NCBI RefSeq assembly: GCF_030028105.1
Contig: NC_092382.1
Span: 53,085,764-53,149,763, forward strand
Length of the DNA stretch: 64,000 bases
Direction: 5' to 3'
Source of the DNA: Mobula birostris
Lineage: Eukaryota
Below the pieces are notes generated by a model. It was not told the origin of the DNA. It worked only from the letters and a program-made list of their open reading frames with translations, and did no database searches. Below, in pieces: positions 11,842 to 22,900 of this stretch (positions are counted from its first letter, which is position 1; the number at the start of each line of letters is the position of its first letter). A program made the position numbers and the translations under genes.

Positions 11842-13135
11842 CGAATACCTTCTGAACTCAGTCAGACCTCTCAGTCCTTAACTGAGCCTCAACAGAATGT
11901 GGGTTTATAGGTGCTTCAACATACTGATCACAGGCATTTGGAACTGACTCCTTTTCCTTTATCTTCTTCAGGATGGAAAAATTAAGACATCATATGACCA
12001 GCTTTCTTACAATAGTAACAAGTAAGACCAGAATATTTCTCCTTCAACTGCTTCCCTTCATCCTTACTCTTGTTATTAGTTCCAGCATTAATTTCTGGTT
12101 TACCCTGGTTATCCCTGCTACTCTTTTGGAAGCTTTTATTCAGGGTGAACTCATGAGTTATGGTTAAAGCAAACTCATCTGTGAATCTAGCAGACTCCTG
12201 CAAAGTGGCAGCATCCTTTTCATCTAAATATGTCTTTATGTCATCAGGGACGCACCTTTTGAATTCTTCAATTAAAACCAACTCTTTCAAGCTGTTAAAA
12301 TCATCATTTACATTTTTATATATGTGCCAGTGGTCAAAACACACAAACTTCTCATAAGCAAATTTCATACAAGTCTGGTTCAGAGATTTCCTCAAATTTC
12401 TAAACTTTCCAACTCGTAAGCTTTGAGCACAGCCTGTTTCACTGTGTCATAATCAGCTGCTTCATCAACTGTCAAAGCACAGAATAGGCTTGCTGAGCCT
12501 TGCCCTTAATTACACTTTGTAAGAGAATAGGCCAACCCTCTTTTGGCCACTTTATACTCTGAGCAAACTTCTCAAAATGCTGAAAGTATTTATCAACCTC
12601 TGCCTCATCAAATGGAGGTACCAATTTAACTTCCCGACTGGACTCAAACTTATCACCAGAGTCTAACACTAGACCCCTTTGCTGCAATCTCTCTTATCTT
12701 TTCCAGCTCAAACAGCCTCTGTCTTTCTGCTTCCTCCCTGTTTTTCTGCCTCTCTAGCCTCAAACTGCCTCTGCCTTTCCACAGCCTCCATCTTTAATTT
12801 TTCTAACTTGTACGGGAGCTCAAGCTCACTAAGTTTACTTTCCAGAAACACCTCCAACTCTTCCACTTTAAACACACCCTCATATACATAATGTTCAGCT
12901 ATTGTCCTCTGCATCTGTGCCTTCCTCATTGTTTATTTCACCTTAGCAAGTTCTAACCTTTTAGCAATACTCAACAACTCAATCCTTCTGGCGTCTTCTA
13001 ATGCCTCAGAGGTTGGTGCTTCCAGAAATCTATCAACATCCATTGCTGGTGATTTTCCACACACAAATAAATCAAAAGGGATTTCCCCAATGAAATTGAT
13101 AATTAATCAATCAATATGCCCCCAAATTTGTTCAT

Positions 13136-13155
13136 ATCCCAGACGCAGGCCCTAA
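13136..13155 (-). promoter_or_regulatory. Primer-binding site, tRNA-Pro-like (degenerate)
   Basis: Minus strand TAGGGCCTGCGTCTGGGAT versus canonical Pro PBS TGGGGGCTCGTCCGGGAT, located just inside the LTR. Confidence 0.65.
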
Positions 13156-13158
13156 TTT

Positions 13159-13965
13159 TGTTACGAACCGTAATGCTTTAGAAACGAACCAGCAGCAATA
13201 GACTGGAGTCTGGTTTTGATGTGAAAACCACTATCTTTATCAGTGTCTACTTATAAATAATAACTTAAGCAAGATAAACAAAAGTTAACAGTGTTACGTG
13301 TATATATGTGTGGAAGTATTACTCCCAAGCTATTGAACGCAGGGGAAACAAGGCTTAGGGTTTTGAGATGATAAAGTATGAAAGTTCAATTCATCCATGG
13401 AATAGGTGATGAGACAGAGATATTTGTAATCCAGGGTAAATGTCCAGAGGAGGGAATCATGTCGAATTCCACAGGTTCCACGGTGGTAAAACAAGAGAAC
13501 AGTCGCTGTAGATTTTATCCGTCATCGTTCCAAATCCACATACGAATTATCACCGAAAGTGACTTGTCACAAGGGGTATCGTCCTCAAGTGAATTCCCAC
13601 ATCACACGCAGTCAAGGGTTAACACACAACTGGTCTTCACAGGATACCCCAAATCCAATCCACTCCTATAGTTCAAAAGAGGTGATAACCACACATTCGA
13701 TGTACACTGAATCGATAATTAACCCACCCTTGTGGGCATAGGAAAGTTCTAAACAGTGACCCTTGGCCACTAGTTCCTTTGTTTCGATCCTTCCATTTTA
13801 CCTCCTTCGTCTCTGTCTGACTCTGAGTGTCCGTGTCCTCGGTTAAATCTAAACAAGCTGCAAGCAATGTAAACAAGCCGTAAGTCAGACTGATTCACCT
13901 TCTTAATCTCTCTCTCTCTTTTAAAATGAATGTCCATAGCAAACAAAACCAAGGGATTCATAACA
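13159..13965 (-). mobile_element. 5' LTR of the Gmr1-like element (807 bp)
   Basis: TG...CA ends with an inverted repeat (tgttacgaa / ttcataaca, 8 of 9 match), followed on the minus strand by a PBS and gag. Confidence 0.88.
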
Positions 13966-15346
13966 ATGGCCACTCCCCAGTGTGAACTGACTGGTGTGCC
14001 AGTAGTTTGGAAGATTGAGTGAATCCTTTACCGCATTCTGAGCAGGTGAACGGCTTCTCCCCAGTGTGAACTCCCTGGTGTCTCTTTAGGTGGGATGCAT
14101 GAGTGAATCCCTTCCCACATTCTGAGCAGGTGAATGGCCACTCCCCACTGTGAACTGACTGATGTGCCAGTAGTTCAGATGACCGAGTGAATCCTTTCCC
14201 ACAGACTGAGCAGGTGAACGGCTTCTCCCCAGTGTGAACTCGTTGGTGTCTCTGTAGGGTGGATGAGTGAGTGAATCGCTTCCCACAGACTGAGCAGGTG
14301 AACGGCTTCTCCCCAGTGTGAACTCGCTGGTGACTCTGTCGGGTGGATGAATCAGTGAATCTCTTCCCACAGACTGAGCAGGTGAACGGCTTCTCCCCTG
14401 TGTGAACTCGCTGATGATTCTGCAGGTTGGATGACTGAGTGAATCCCTTCCCACATTCTGAGCAGGTGAACGGCTTCTCCCCAGTGTGAACTCGCTGGTG
14501 ACTCTGCAGGGTGGATGACTGAGTGAATCCCTTCCCACAGACTGAGCAGGTGAACGGCTTCTCCCCAGTGTGGACTCGCTGGTGTCTCAGTAGGGTGGAT
14601 GACAAAGTGAATCCCTTTCCACAGTCCGAGCAGGTGAATGGCTGCTCCCCAGTGTGAATTCGCTGGTGAGCCATTAGGTCAGATGACTGAGTGAATCTCT
14701 TCCCACAGACTGAGCAGGTAAATGGCTTCTCCCCAGTGTGAACTCGCTGGTGACTCTGCAGGTTGGATGAGTGGGTGAATCCCTTCCCACAGACTGAGCA
14801 GGTGAATGGCTTCTCCCCAGTGTGAACTCGCTGATGACTCTGCAGGTTGGATGACTGAGTGAATCCCTTCCCACAGAATGAGCAGGTGAATGGCTTCTCC
14901 CCAGTGTGAACTCGCTGGTGACTCTGTAGGGCAGATGAATCAGTGAAACTCATCCCACAGACTGAGCAGGTGAACGGCTTCTCCCCAGTGTGAACTCGAT
15001 GGTGTCTCTGCAGGGTGGAAGAGTGAGTGAATTTCTTCTCACAGACTGAGCAGGTGAATGGCTTCTCGCCAGTGTGAACTCGATGGTGTATCTGTAGGTT
15101 GGATGACTGAGTGAATTTCTTCCCACAGACTGAGCAGGTGAATGGCTTCTCCCCAGTGTGAACTCGATGGTGTTTCTGTAGGGTGGATGAATCAGTGAAT
15201 CTCTTCTCACAGACTGAGCAGGTGAACGGCTTCTCCCCAGTGTGAACTCGCTGATGTGTCAGTAGTTGAGATGACAATGTGAATCTCTTCCCACAGTCCG
15301 AGCAGGTGAATGGCCGCTCCCTGGTGTGAACTCGCTGGTGAGCCAT
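13958..15346 (-). CDS. Tandem C2H2 zinc-finger protein, 16 complete fingers, C-terminus truncated by the LTR
   Basis: 16 repeats of CxxC-x12-HxxxH with TGEKPF linkers. The last linker reads TGEWP-LL-stop, where the final codons and TGA come from the LTR start TGTTATGA. Confidence 0.9.
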   Translation of the reverse strand: MAHQRVHTRERPFTCSDCGKRFTLSSQLLTHQRVHTGEKPFTCSVCEKRFTDSSTLQKHHRVHTGEKPFTCSVCGKKFTQSSNLQIHHRVHTGEKPFTCSVCEKKFTHSSTLQRHHRVHTGEKPFTCSVCGMSFTDSSALQSHQRVHTGEKPFTCSFCGKGFTQSSNLQSHQRVHTGEKPFTCSVCGKGFTHSSNLQSHQRVHTGEKPFTCSVCGKRFTQSSDLMAHQRIHTGEQPFTCSDCGKGFTLSSTLLRHQRVHTGEKPFTCSVCGKGFTQSSTLQSHQRVHTGEKPFTCSECGKGFTQSSNLQNHQRVHTGEKPFTCSVCGKRFTDSSTRQSHQRVHTGEKPFTCSVCGKRFTHSSTLQRHQRVHTGEKPFTCSVCGKGFTRSSELLAHQSVHSGEWPFTCSECGKGFTHASHLKRHQGVHTGEKPFTCSECGKGFTQSSKLLAHQSVHTGEWPLL

Positions 15347-15990
15347 TAGGCTAGATGAAAAAGTGAATCCCTTCCCACAGACTGAGCAGGTGAACAGCTT
15401 CTCCCCAGTGTGAATATGCTGGTGACTCTGTAGGATGGATTACAGTGTGAATCCCTTCCCACAGACTGAGCAGGTGAACAGCTTCTCCCCAGTGTGAATG
15501 TGCTGGTGACTCTGTAGGGTGGATTACAGAGTGAATCCCTTCCCACAGACTGAGCAGGAAAATGGTTTCTCTCCTGCGTGAACTCGCTGGTGTAACATTA
15601 GGTCAGATGACCAAGTGAATCCTTTACCAGAAATTGAGCAGATGACCAGCCTCCGATTGGTGTGTCCACAGGTGGGATGACCGACTGAATCTTTTCTCAC
15701 ACACAAAACAGATGAATGGCCTTGCACAGTGTGATCTTGCTGATGACCCTCAACTGAGATGGCCAAGTGAATCCATTTCCACTGTCTGAGCAGGTGAATG
15801 GCCTCTCCCCGTGTAAAACGACTGGCATGCCAGTTGGTCAAATGACCGAGTCAATCCCTCCCCACAGTCTGAGCAGGAAGGATGGTCGATTGAATCCCTT
15901 GCTCCACTTCTTAAATATCTAGACAGAGACAGCAAAACTGGCGCGTCGTGTTTGAGATTCCTGTAGACAAATTCCTTCTTGTGTTTAACC
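15347..15990 (-). pseudogene. Degenerate upstream zinc fingers in the same exon
   Basis: In-frame fingers carry TAA at 15440-15442 and 15524-15526, with further decayed fingers up to about 15900. Acceptor-like tttttacag|gtt near 15990. Confidence 0.75.
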
Positions 15991-16699
15991 TGTAAAAAAA
16001 TTTACAAAATACATCAATGGGTGTAGGACAACATTTCAGATGAGATTACTTGAGTTGCCAAGGTTTGATCTGGTATTACTGTTAGTGAAGTTCAACCCAA
16101 GTTGAAGAGAGAAATTATCTTCAAACTGGGCACAGTGCTGGCATCTGGAATGACCATCAATTCCCTGATGATCTTCCTGTCTCTGTAAGAATGGGGCATT
16201 TTGCTGTCTCCAATTTGTGCCTTGGGTCAGTTTGACTCTCTCCATTGGTATTATTCCCTGTTCCTGCTAAGCTGCATGGGTGCCTGGCCCCTCTCTTCAG
16301 GTCATATCCATCACCCCCTCCAACTCCCAAATGATCTGGAATTCATCCATTTCTAGCTCAAACTCCCTAACATGCAGGGTTACAAGCTGCAGCTGGACGC
16401 ACACCTAGCAGGTGAGGATGTCAAGGACACTTGAAGTCTCCCCACCTTCCCACCAATGTCCCATCTAATTTGTAATGAGCCGTGTGCCAAAAAATCTTGG
16501 GCTGTGCAATTTTTACCCAGTGACAATAATATGTGCACACTGAACTTTAAATAGAGGTATTCATTTTAACAGCTAGTAAATCACTGTCAATAAGAACTTT
16601 GATATCCTCTGGATTTGATCAAGTTCATCTGCACTTTCACACAACCTACGTAGCAGGCCTGTAGAGGGTTAGGAAGAATTTTCTCACTCCAGCTTTTGC

Positions 16700-17055
16700 A
16701 CACCATCCATATCTGATTTGCTTGCTAAATGACACTTTTAAAAGTCAGATTTCCAAATATCACTCCACTTCCTCCCACTTGCAAATTCTCCAGCAACTTT
16801 TGCATCACCACAATAAACACAGATTCTGTATCGTACATAAATATTTCCCCTGAACCCTCCCCCCAAGTGACTGTCGGTGCTGAGCTTATTGATGGCAATG
16901 CCAATGAGTATGAAGGGAAAGGCAGTACTCTGTCCGGCACATTTGTGATGTGAAAGCTACTTGTTGCCCAGGACAAAAGTGTTTGATATAATTATGTACC
17001 CAGAGAGAGTGGGTCAAAACGTGTTCTCACGAGTAGAAAAGTCCAGAACAAGAGC
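16700..17055 (+). mobile_element. Degenerate CR1 fragment
   Basis: CR1-like RT and C-terminal remnants, e.g. agagtgggtcaaaacgtgttctc...agtccagaacaagag. Confidence 0.45.
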
Positions 17056-17065
17056 AGGTAGAAGA

Positions 17066-17200
17066 AACAACACACACAAAATGCTGGAGGAACTCAGCAG
17101 GCCAGGCAGCATCTAAGGAAGAGTACTAATGCTGAATTCCTCCGGCAATTCGTGTGTGTTGCTTGGATTTCCAGCATCTGCAGATTTTCTCTCGTTTGTG
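17066..17200. repeat. Inverted pair of Penelope termini (hairpin)
   Basis: aacacacacaaaatgctggaggaactcagca ... tgctgaattcctccggcaattcgtgtgtgtt. Confidence 0.75.
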
Positions 17201-17473
17201 ATAGGAGGTAGAACAAAGGTGATTTAAAAGATTTGTTCCCTTTCTCCGAGTTCCCAATCCTTGCATTTAGACAGCTGGAGCTCAGCTCTGTTTGAGAGAT
17301 CCATCGGTTCCCATTCCCTCACCAGCCGGAAGCTCCCCGGGGTCCGTGTACGGGTCGTGGGACTGAGAGAGAGAGGGAAGAGAACAGGACTGTCCCGGGA
17401 TTCGGGTCACGGTATCCGGAGCTCACAGTAATTATCCCGAATTCGGTGTTGAAAACCCCACCAGCAAACTGTC

Positions 17474-17560
17474 TCTTACCTGGAGCCGATTTTCCGAGGC
17501 CTTTAGTGTACTGCGCGCATGCGCGATATTCGGGAACAAACATCAACCCTGACGTCTGCG
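17474..17560 (-). promoter_or_regulatory. Putative promoter and non-coding exon 1 of the zinc-finger gene
   Basis: Donor CAG|GTAAGA at 17480/17479, NRF1-type palindrome cgcgcatgcgcg at 17514-17525, CRE-like tgacgtct near 17550; CpG-rich. Confidence 0.6.
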
Positions 17561-17787
17561 CATTTGATCGGTGCTTCAGCGACGGCGAAAATTGTTATGC
17601 CGAGCTTTCTGGGTAATCACGGTGCCATTAAATGTTCCGGCAAGCTTCTGTTCCATGTCCAGACCTCAGTTTTTTTTTTGTGTAGAATACCCAGTAGCTG
17701 TTTTAACACAGAAAGCGGATCCCATAAACGATTTGCTCAATATCAACAGGTATTCCGTGTATCTAATGCCAAAGTACAATCCTCTTA

Positions 17788-17985
17788 CAAATGTAAGAGA
17801 TTCTGCAGTTGCTGGAAATACAGAGACGCACACACACACAATGCTGGAGGAACTCTGCAGTTCAGGCAGCAAATGGGCAGCGGAGTTCATAGGCTAAGGA
17901 TACTGAGGGAGCTCGGCCTAAACGTTGTGTATTTATTCCTCTCCACATTTGCTGCCTGATCTGTTGATTTCCACCAGTAATTTAC
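17788..17985. repeat. Second inverted pair of Penelope termini with a decayed hammerhead
   Basis: tgctggaggaactc..caggcagcaaatg ... catttgctgcctga..tccaccag. Confidence 0.65.
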
Positions 17986-18377
17986 AGAAATTAACCACCT
18001 TTTTTTTCATTCAACCAGTTTCCAAATGTTTCTGATCTTTAATTTGTAGCCATATCCTGCTGGTCTGATTTCTCCTCCTCCTCGTAAACTCTAGACCCCA
18101 TAATTCTCTGGAGCCCTAAAGCCCTGACTCACACTGCCAACTCTTTCTGAATCCGCTCTGTCGAAAATTCATTCGCTGGTCTGCTGTCAGGCTTGAGAGT
18201 CGCGTTGCAACAACCCAGCTGTCTGAAGCACAGTCCTTTGAAATTAGTGAAAATGACACAAAACGTTGGAAAGAGCGGGGAAGGAGTTTAACCAACTTCG
18301 TCCGGAGCCTTGAAGAACGTCAAAACCACAGTGAGCACGTCGTCTTATTCAGCCTGGAGACAATCATGCAGGAGATT

Positions 18378-18738
18378 CATGCAGGTGTATAGGATGATGA
18401 GAGGCATTGGTTGTGTGGATAGCCACAGGCTTTTTCCCAGGGCTGAAACGGCTAACACGAGGGGGCATATGTTTAAGCTGCTTGAAAATAGGCACAGAGG
18501 AGATGTCAGAGCTAAGTTTTTTCTAAACAAGGAGTGGTGTGTGCGTGGAATGCACTGCCAGCGACGGTGGTAGAGGCGGATACAATAGGGTTTTTTAAGA
18601 GACTAGATACATGGGGCTCGGGAAAATAGAGGGCTATGCGGTAGGGTAATTCTAGGCAGTTTCCAGAGTAAGTTACATGGTCGACACAACACTGTGGGCC
18701 AAAGGGTCTGTAATGTGCTGTAGATTTCTATGATTCTC
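18378..18738 (+). mobile_element. CR1 3' end
   Basis: VYRMMRGIGCVDSHRLFP...TRGH; 3' UTR gggccaaagggtctgtaatgtgctgtag...ttctatg. Confidence 0.85.
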
Positions 18739-18949
18739 TGAAATTCAAGGGAGATCTCTTCTCCCACGGAGTGGTGACTGGTTGCAACCTGTCATCACAG
18801 GGAGAGTGAGAGGGGAAAGGCAGGGATAGATTTTGATATACTGATATGGAACGGAAATATGGGCAGGGATCAAATAGTCTGAGTGGCCTCCCTAGTTTAC
18901 ATTGTGAGTGTGGCAGAGACAGTAAGTACCTGAGACACGGGATTTGATA

Positions 18950-19377
18950 CAGAACTGATTTATCTTTCACAGATCCAGAATATTAAACACTCGTCTAGTT
19001 TAAGGCTAACATCGGCAGAACGGACTCCTCCAATGCTCAGTGACTAGGGTTCAGTCCTGGGTGCGATGAGCAGCCGCAAGAACTGCAGAATCTGACAGTA
19101 ACAGTCCCTCATGAACCTGCAGCTGCCTTCAGTCACCGTGATGGTTAAACATTTAACACAGAGCTGATCTGAACTTCCTCCCTGATGTGAAGTTGCTGGT
19201 GTTACAGCAGCTGGAATGATTGAGTAAAACTCTTTGCTCACTCCGGACAGAAATGTGGCCTCTATTTATAGTGAACTCAGTGGAGCATCACAAGGTGGGT
19301 TAACTGAATGAGTCTCTTCGCTCACACCGAGCAGGTGAACGGCCGCTTCCCAGTGTGAAGCTATTGGTGTATCTGCA
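18950..19377 (-). pseudogene. Remnant 3' end of a second C2H2 zinc-finger gene
   Basis: cacaccgagcaggtgaacggccgcttcccagtgtgaag reads HTGKRPFTCSV on the minus strand; cut by a Penelope insertion. Confidence 0.6.
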
Positions 19378-19985
19378 AACACGAAGAAATCTGCAGATGC
19401 TGGAATTTCAAGCAACACACGTAAAAGTTGCTGGTGAACGCAACCGGCCAGGTAACATCTCTGGGAAGAGGTACAGTCGACGTTTCGGGCCGAGACCCTT
19501 CATCATGACTAACTGAAAGAAGCGCTAATAAGAGATTTGGAAGTGGGGGGGCAGGGTGGAGGGGAGATCAGAAATGATAGGAAAAGACAGGAGGGGGAGG
19601 GATGGAGCCAAGAGCTGGAGAGGTGATTGGCAAAAGGGATATGAGAGGATCATGGATCTGGATTCAGAGGGACAGAGGGAGAAAAAGGAGAGTGAGAGAA
19701 AGAATGTGTGCATAAAAATAAGTAACAGATGGGGTACGAGGGGGAGGTGGGGCCTTAGCGGAAGTTAGACAAGTCGATGTTCATGCCATCAGGTTGGAGG
19801 CTACCCAGACGGAATATAAGGTGTTGTTCCTCCAACCTGTGTGTGGCTTCTTCTTGATAGTAGAGGAGACCGTGGATAGACATATCAGAATGGGAATGGG
19901 ATGTGGAATTAAAATGTGTGGCCACTGGGAGATCTGCTTTCTCTGGGGGCCAGTGGGTAGTTGTTCATTGAAACCGTCTTCCAGT
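19378..19985 (-). mobile_element. Penelope-like 3' part (GIY-YIG C-terminus and UTR); hammerhead motif at 19475-19510 with C3 changed to A
   Basis: Reverse complement of about 56340-56965. Confidence 0.9.
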
Positions 19986-19989
19986 CTGC

Positions 19990-22900
19990 TTCGGTGGTGC
20001 AGGCACGCAGGCTGGTGGTGTTCGTCAGGAGCACTACGAAACGGGATGTCACCTTTAAGCGAGAGATGCCTCTGGAACATTTGTTCCCCATGATGGTGAT
20101 GCATAGCACCCCCGTGAGGCCAGTTGGGAGATTGCTGTTGGGACAAGGGCCTAAGTTGACCGCTGAAAGCTTTTAACTTTGGGGCATCACTTGTCCAGGA
20201 AGGTTGGAAGCGGAGGCTGGTGCAGAAGATGATGACGCTGACAGGTGTTTTTTCCACTGACGAGTTTGATGTGGGTTGTTCCAAGAGCATTCACCACACC
20301 ATACGGGTAACTGAGGATACTCCGTTTAGTGAAAGATCGTGGCGACTGGCTGCTGCAGATGTGGAAGACGTGCGGCAGCATTTGGGCAAGTTGAAGGAGG
20401 CTGGGATCATTACAGAGTCCCGAAGACCTTATGCCTCTCCTATCGTAGTGGCCCAGAAGAAGAATGGGAAGGTTGATATGTGTGTGGACTATAGAACACT
20501 GAACAGGCGCAGGGTCCTTGATCAGAACACAGACCCCGGGTCGAAGACGCGCTGGCCTGTCTGAGTGGGGCGAAGTGGGTTTGAGGACTGGATATTACCA
20601 GATCCCGATGAGTGAGGCCGATAAGGAGAATACAGCCTTCATTTGCCCTCTGGGATTTTACCAGTTCGAAAGGATGCCCCAGGGCATATCGAGGGCCCCT
20701 GGCACCTTCTAGAGGGTCATGGAGAAGACAGTGGGAGATAGGAACCTGCTCGAAATGTTAGTATATTTGGTTGACTCAGTATTTGGATCCATCTTGGAAG
20801 AACAAGAAGCGAGAATACTGAAGGTGCTCAACCGGCTGAAGCAGGAAGGGTTGAAGCTTTCCCTGGACAAGTGCCAGTTCTGGTAGCTATGTTGGACACA
20901 TTATCTCGCGGAATGGTGTAGCGAACACACGGCTAAGATCGAAGCAGTGACCACCTGGCCAAGGCCCCAGACCGTGAGTGCTCTGCGTTCGTGCCTAGGG
21001 TTCTATGGGTACTACCAGAGATTCGTGAAGGTCTACGCCCAGGTGAGTCATCCCTTGAACCAGCCTCTGCGTGGCTACCCTCCCCTGGGACAGAGGGGGG
21101 TGGGGGAAGGACGGGAGATGGGAGAATATTTGAACCCGTCAGAGCCCTTCGGACAGAGATGGGATGACAAATGTGAAGCGTCTTTTCTGTTACTGAAGGA
21201 GATGCTGACTCAGGCGCCGGTGCTGGCTTTTGCAAACCCCCGATTGTTCTACGTGCTACACACTGACGCCAGTCATGAGGGTTAGGGGCCGTTCTATATC
21301 AGGATCAGGGCGCTGGCCTGAGGCCTGTGGCATTTGTCAGCCAGTGTTTGTCACCTTTGGAGAGGAACTATCCCACTCAAAAGTTGGAGTTGCTGGCGTT
21401 GAAATGGGCGGTGGTGGATAAACTGGATGCCACAGACCGTCGGTGGCTGGCAGCCTTGTCTGTATATGATTTCAGCCTGAAGTACCGCCCCGGGAGCCGG
21501 AATGTCGATACGGATGCTCTGTCCCGACGGAGGCATGAGGAACTGAAGAAGTACGCGGAGTATGAGAGTGTTTCTGCATCCGGGGTGAAGGCGATGGGCC
21601 ATCTTGCTATCACGGTGCAGGCTGAGGAGAAGGAGAGGCCAGATCGAGCAGTGGACTCATTCGGGGCGTCCAATGACGCCGTGCCCCTAGTTTACAGTGA
21701 TCTCACTGCTCTGAAGACCACGCAGCTGCCGGAGTTAAACCCTGGGGAAGTGGCCGCTGCTCAGCGAGATGACCCGGGCATTGGCCCTGTCTGGCACGCC
21801 GTGGAAGAGGGGGATGTGACACAGGTGGAGAAGACTGAACACGTTTCAGTGTTTCTGTTATTGAGCGAATAACTACGGTTGAGTTTGAAAAACAAAAATT
21901 TATAGCGGGTAAGGTCACTCTCGGACCGACCTCGGTGTTGGCAGCTGGTCCTGCCTGAGAAGTATCGGAAGGTTGTCTTGAAGTCCCTCCATGATGGCTC
22001 TGGACATGTGGGGGTGGAAAAGACCTAAGGATTGCCCAAGGACCGGTTTTACTGGCCCCGAATGAGGACGGAGGTCGAAGAGTACTGCTAATCCTGCATA
22101 CGGCGGAATTCGCTGCCTGGGCAGGCTGTCCCTTTGTCCCACTTGCAGATTGCGGGGCCGTTTGACCTGGTGTGCATGGATTTCGTGGCCATAGAACCCG
22201 ATGCCAGCAACACGACGAATATCTTGGTCACCACGGTCCAAAACACCAGGTATGCTCAAGCTTTTCCTACCAAGGATCAGGGAGCGACTACAGTGGCGAA
22301 AATGCTATGAGAGAATATTTTTCGCCGGCGGATACATAGTGGCCAGGGACGGGACTTTGAGAGTAAACTCATCTATGAGTGACTGGGCATGCTCGGGGTT
22401 GAGAAATCGAGGACCACGCCCTATCATCCGCAGGGCGGTCCCCAGCCGGAGATGTTTAATCGGGACTCTGGAGATCAGCAAAAAGAACCGCTGGAGTCGA
22501 CATATTAGGCAAATGGTTCACCGTTACAACTGTACACGGAATGAAGCTACTGGTTACTGCCCCTATTATCTTATGTTTGGGGGCGAAGCCAGGTTGCCCA
22601 TTGACCTCTGTTTCGGGACTGATGCGGGTGAGGCATCGCCGACGCCTTACTTGAAGTATGTGTCTGATATGAGGAAAGAGCTGAAATGGGCTTACGAGTT
22701 AGCCGGGGAGGCGGCCGTCCGGCAGAATCGGGGAAATAAGAGAAGATATGAAACGAAAGTAAAGTTCTCCCAACTCCTACCGGGAGAACGAAGCCTCATA
22801 AGGAATCTGGGATTAACTGGAAAGCACAAATTGGCTGATCACTGGGCAGCCACGCCCTATGTGGTGGAGAGTCAGATGCCAAATTTACCGGTTTTCCGGG

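Larger units (their letters stand above)
6276..13965 (-). mobile_element. Gmr1-like Ty3/Gypsy LTR retrotransposon (5' LTR-gag-PR-INT-RT), 3'-truncated and decayed, with nested insertions
   Basis: gag starts at ATG 13043 and includes a CYYCKKAGH knuckle. Protease DTGASQS lies near 11310. Integrase motifs VDCVGPLP, SDQGS, YHPESQGALE and GPY are at 10471-9500. RT motifs SDWSSP, DYRKVN, IDLLKGYW, LPFGMKNAPGTFQR and YIGD are at 7296-6276. Integrase lies upstream of a Gypsy-type RT. Confidence 0.92.

Noticed and set aside
14086-15546. Alternative-frame ORFs (GRDSLSHP repeats)
   Set aside because: These are shadow frames of the zinc-finger repeats.
16000-17480. KRAB or SCAN effector exon for the ZNF gene
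   Set aside because: No recognisable coding exon lies between putative exon 1 and the finger exon; the interval contains repeat fragments.
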